Shown: positions 61,700 through 64,000 of the stretch, one piece after another
Layout: every line of letters starts with the position of its first letter
How positions within the stretch are numbered: position 1 is the stretch's first letter
Origin: Podarcis gaigeae
Taxonomy: Eukaryota
Assembly (NCBI GenBank): GCA_964106915.2
Contig: OZ066926.1
Length of the DNA stretch: 64,000 nt
Direction: 5' to 3' (one strand)
The notes under the pieces: generated by a model
Seen by the model: only the letters and a program-made list of their open reading frames with translations
Told to the model about the DNA's origin: nothing
Database searches by the model: none
Position numbers and translations under genes: made by a program

Positions 61700-62068
61700 G
61701 TGTCTTTTCTTAAATTGCCTATAAAACGGGGACTCTTTTGTTCTATCCTTCTAAAACACCGCAGACCTAATCCTTTGCAGGGTAGCGGAATGCCAGACAG
61801 ATTCATGCCAGTAGGCAAAATAAAGAACACTGAAGGTACAAGCAGGAGATATGCACCTGGGTCTCCCATTAAAAGTAATATGAAGATTATAGGAAGAGTA
61901 CTGTTTTTTAAATTGCCTGTGAAACAGGGGGCCCTTTGTTCAGTGTGTCTGAAATCTGGCAGGTCTGTTGGCCTGTTTGGGAAAGGAGTGCTAGTAGTAT
62001 TTAATCCTATTTGGATAGATAACAAGGAATATACAGGCAGCAGATGATTGACTGGTCTCCCATTAAAT
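61700..62068 (+). repeat. Diverged tandem duplication, unit 198 nt, nearly two copies
   Basis: TTAAATTGCCT.T.AAAC.GGG and GGTCTCCCATTAAA each occur twice; about 58% identity without gaps over the first 114 nt (hand count). Confidence 0.85.
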
Positions 62069-62252
62069 CAGCGGGGGGAAATAATACAGAAACAATGAAA
62101 TGTTTGCAATGGAATGTATGGGGGGGGGGCTTTAAAAATAAGAAGCAGATAGAAAAAAGTATTTGTTTCTCTTCCTACCCTGTTGGATGGGTGGGGTATA
62201 AGTAATATACTACTACTGCTACTAAGGCTACTACTACTACTACTACTACTAC

Positions 62253-62292
<40 letters not shown>

Positions 62293-62293
62293 G

Positions 62294-62459
62294 CAGTGGT
62301 GTAGCGTGGGTTGTCAGCACCCGGGGCAAGGCAAGTAATTTGCGCCCCCTAACCCGTGGATTTTAGCAGGGCGTAGAGAGCTGCGAGTGCGAGCTCGCCC
62401 CCCCAGATGTTGCGCCCGGTGCGGGCGGCCCCCCTTGCACCCCCCACGCTACGCCACTG
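62294..62459. mobile_element. Young hAT MITE
   Basis: 17-bp TIR CAGTGG(T/C)GTAGCGTGGG; 8-bp TSD TATTATTG; CpG-rich. Confidence 0.88.
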
Positions 62460-63380
62460 TATTATTGACTCCTAGTTACATGTCTGGCATGCTCCTAGAG
62501 ATGCCTTGTAGTGTTTCTCCCCATCTGGCAGAGCTCTGGAGGAGCTGTCACTGCTGAACAATATTCAACAGGTGCATCCTCCTTGATCTCTGTATCTTAA
62601 TGCTCGGACAAGCTACACCTGATGAACTTCCACTTGCTATGTTGCAAGTCTCCAGGATATAAAGTGGAACATGTATATGTCTTCCATACCCGTTTCCTCT
62701 GCCCACTAAACCCCTCTCCCTATCTGAAAAGGAAGCATTTGCTGTGTACAAGGCTGGCTCCCCCAAAGTATGGAAGCACGCTTAGTTCTCAGCTCTTAGA
62801 ACCTAAGTGATGGGTTCTGCAAGTTGCACTGAGAAGTCCTCTCTTGTTATACCCCAAAGCATAAGAAATGGCATGCTGGATCAGACCAAAGGCGCATCTT
62901 GGTCGGCATCCTGTTTTTACTAGGGACAATCTTGATGCCTGCAGAAGTTCGCTAGTAGGACATGAAGATATGTCCTCAGCGTTTGGTCTTCAGAGACTTG
63001 GGCCCCATCTGCCCTATACATTTAAAGCTGTATCATACCACTTTGAGCAGTCACGGCTTCCCCACAACGATGCTGGGAAGTGTCATTGGTTAAGGGTGCT
63101 GAGAGTTGCTAAGAGACCCCCTAGGGTCATGGCTTGCTCCTCCACAATGAGCCACAAATACTAGCCAACCTCAAGCCATGATTTGTGGTTGGCTTGGCTT
63201 TCTAGGGAGTAACGAATAAACCACAGCCCCTGGTTTGGATGCAACGAGAAACCAAGGCTTTGTTTATCCCACTTGTGCAAAGGGAGGAATGAGGCTAGGG
63301 AGCAATTGAGCAGTGCGTACCAGCATGTTGCACATTCACAACAGACCAAAATTAGCTGGAAAGGCTGTGTTCTATCATTA

Positions 63381-63625
63381 GAGTGGTACCTCAGGTTAAG
63401 TACTTAATTTGTTCCGGAGGTCCGTACTTAACCTGAAACTATTCTTAACCTGAAGCACCACTTTAGCTAATGGGGCCTCCTGCTGCTGCTGCTGCGCCGC
63501 CGGAGCACAATTTCTGTTCTCATCCTGAAGCAAAGTTCTTAACCTGAAGCACTATTTCTGGGTTAGCGGAGTCTGTAACCTGAAGCGTATGTAACCTGAA
63601 GCGTATGTAACCTGAGGTACCACTG
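63381..63625. mobile_element. Mariner MITE family A
   Basis: TIRs and TA TSD. Confidence 0.88.
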
Positions 63626-64000
63626 TATCTGTGAACACCCAAGAAATGTGCATGTGCTCAGAAGGCATTTTCTGTTATTGCGTGTTCCAGGGCTGAGCCC
63701 CAGCACTGCCACTTTGCTCTGGGGTCAAACCCCCTCTTGGGTGAAGGCAATACCTGTGCCTCACTCCTGTCCCCGAGCTACAAATGGTGCCCAGGCAGTA
63801 CCTGGACTTTGGATATGAATTTTCCTCTCTGCTGTTCCTCCTCCTTCTCCGGGCCTTTGATCTCCATATGTTTTGACATCAAACACGTGCCAGGTTTCTA
63901 GGACAGCGTGAGAGCCTCTGGTATGTATACAGTATAAACAAGAGAAATAGGAGTTGGGGGTTGGTGCTGGAGATGGGCGGGGGGAGAGAGAGGCAATCTA

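Noticed and set aside
40100-64000. Exons of a neighbouring gene (FBXL20 lies upstream of STAC2 in mammals)
   Set aside because: No convincing F-box or LRR exon seen in the window.

Overview
Eukaryotic (squamate, probably lacertid lizard, inferred from Sauria/Squam SINEs) genomic DNA. It holds one complete gene on the minus strand, STAC2: 11 coding exons at 1445-39361, 1218 nt, 405 aa, with a C1 domain and tandem SH3 domains, a 22-kb first intron and a CpG-rich promoter at about 38.6-40.1 kb. Introns and upstream DNA are dense in SINEs, CR1/L2/L1 fragments, Tc1-mariner and hAT MITEs (several nested, many with intact TSDs) and at least one solo LTR. The most unexpected signal is that many stretches of 'unique' non-exonic DNA, translated on the + strand (antisense to STAC2), read as heavily decayed cadherin ectodomain repeats. 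Examples are [33 protein letters not shown]...SNT, GWI.....IDRD, ENQPVG, APVF and FDLG, usually in the correct motif order, plus a 198-nt diverged tandem unit at 61.7 kb. This was recognised by eye only, the cadherin consensus is permissive, and it needs an HMM test with strand and shuffle controls.
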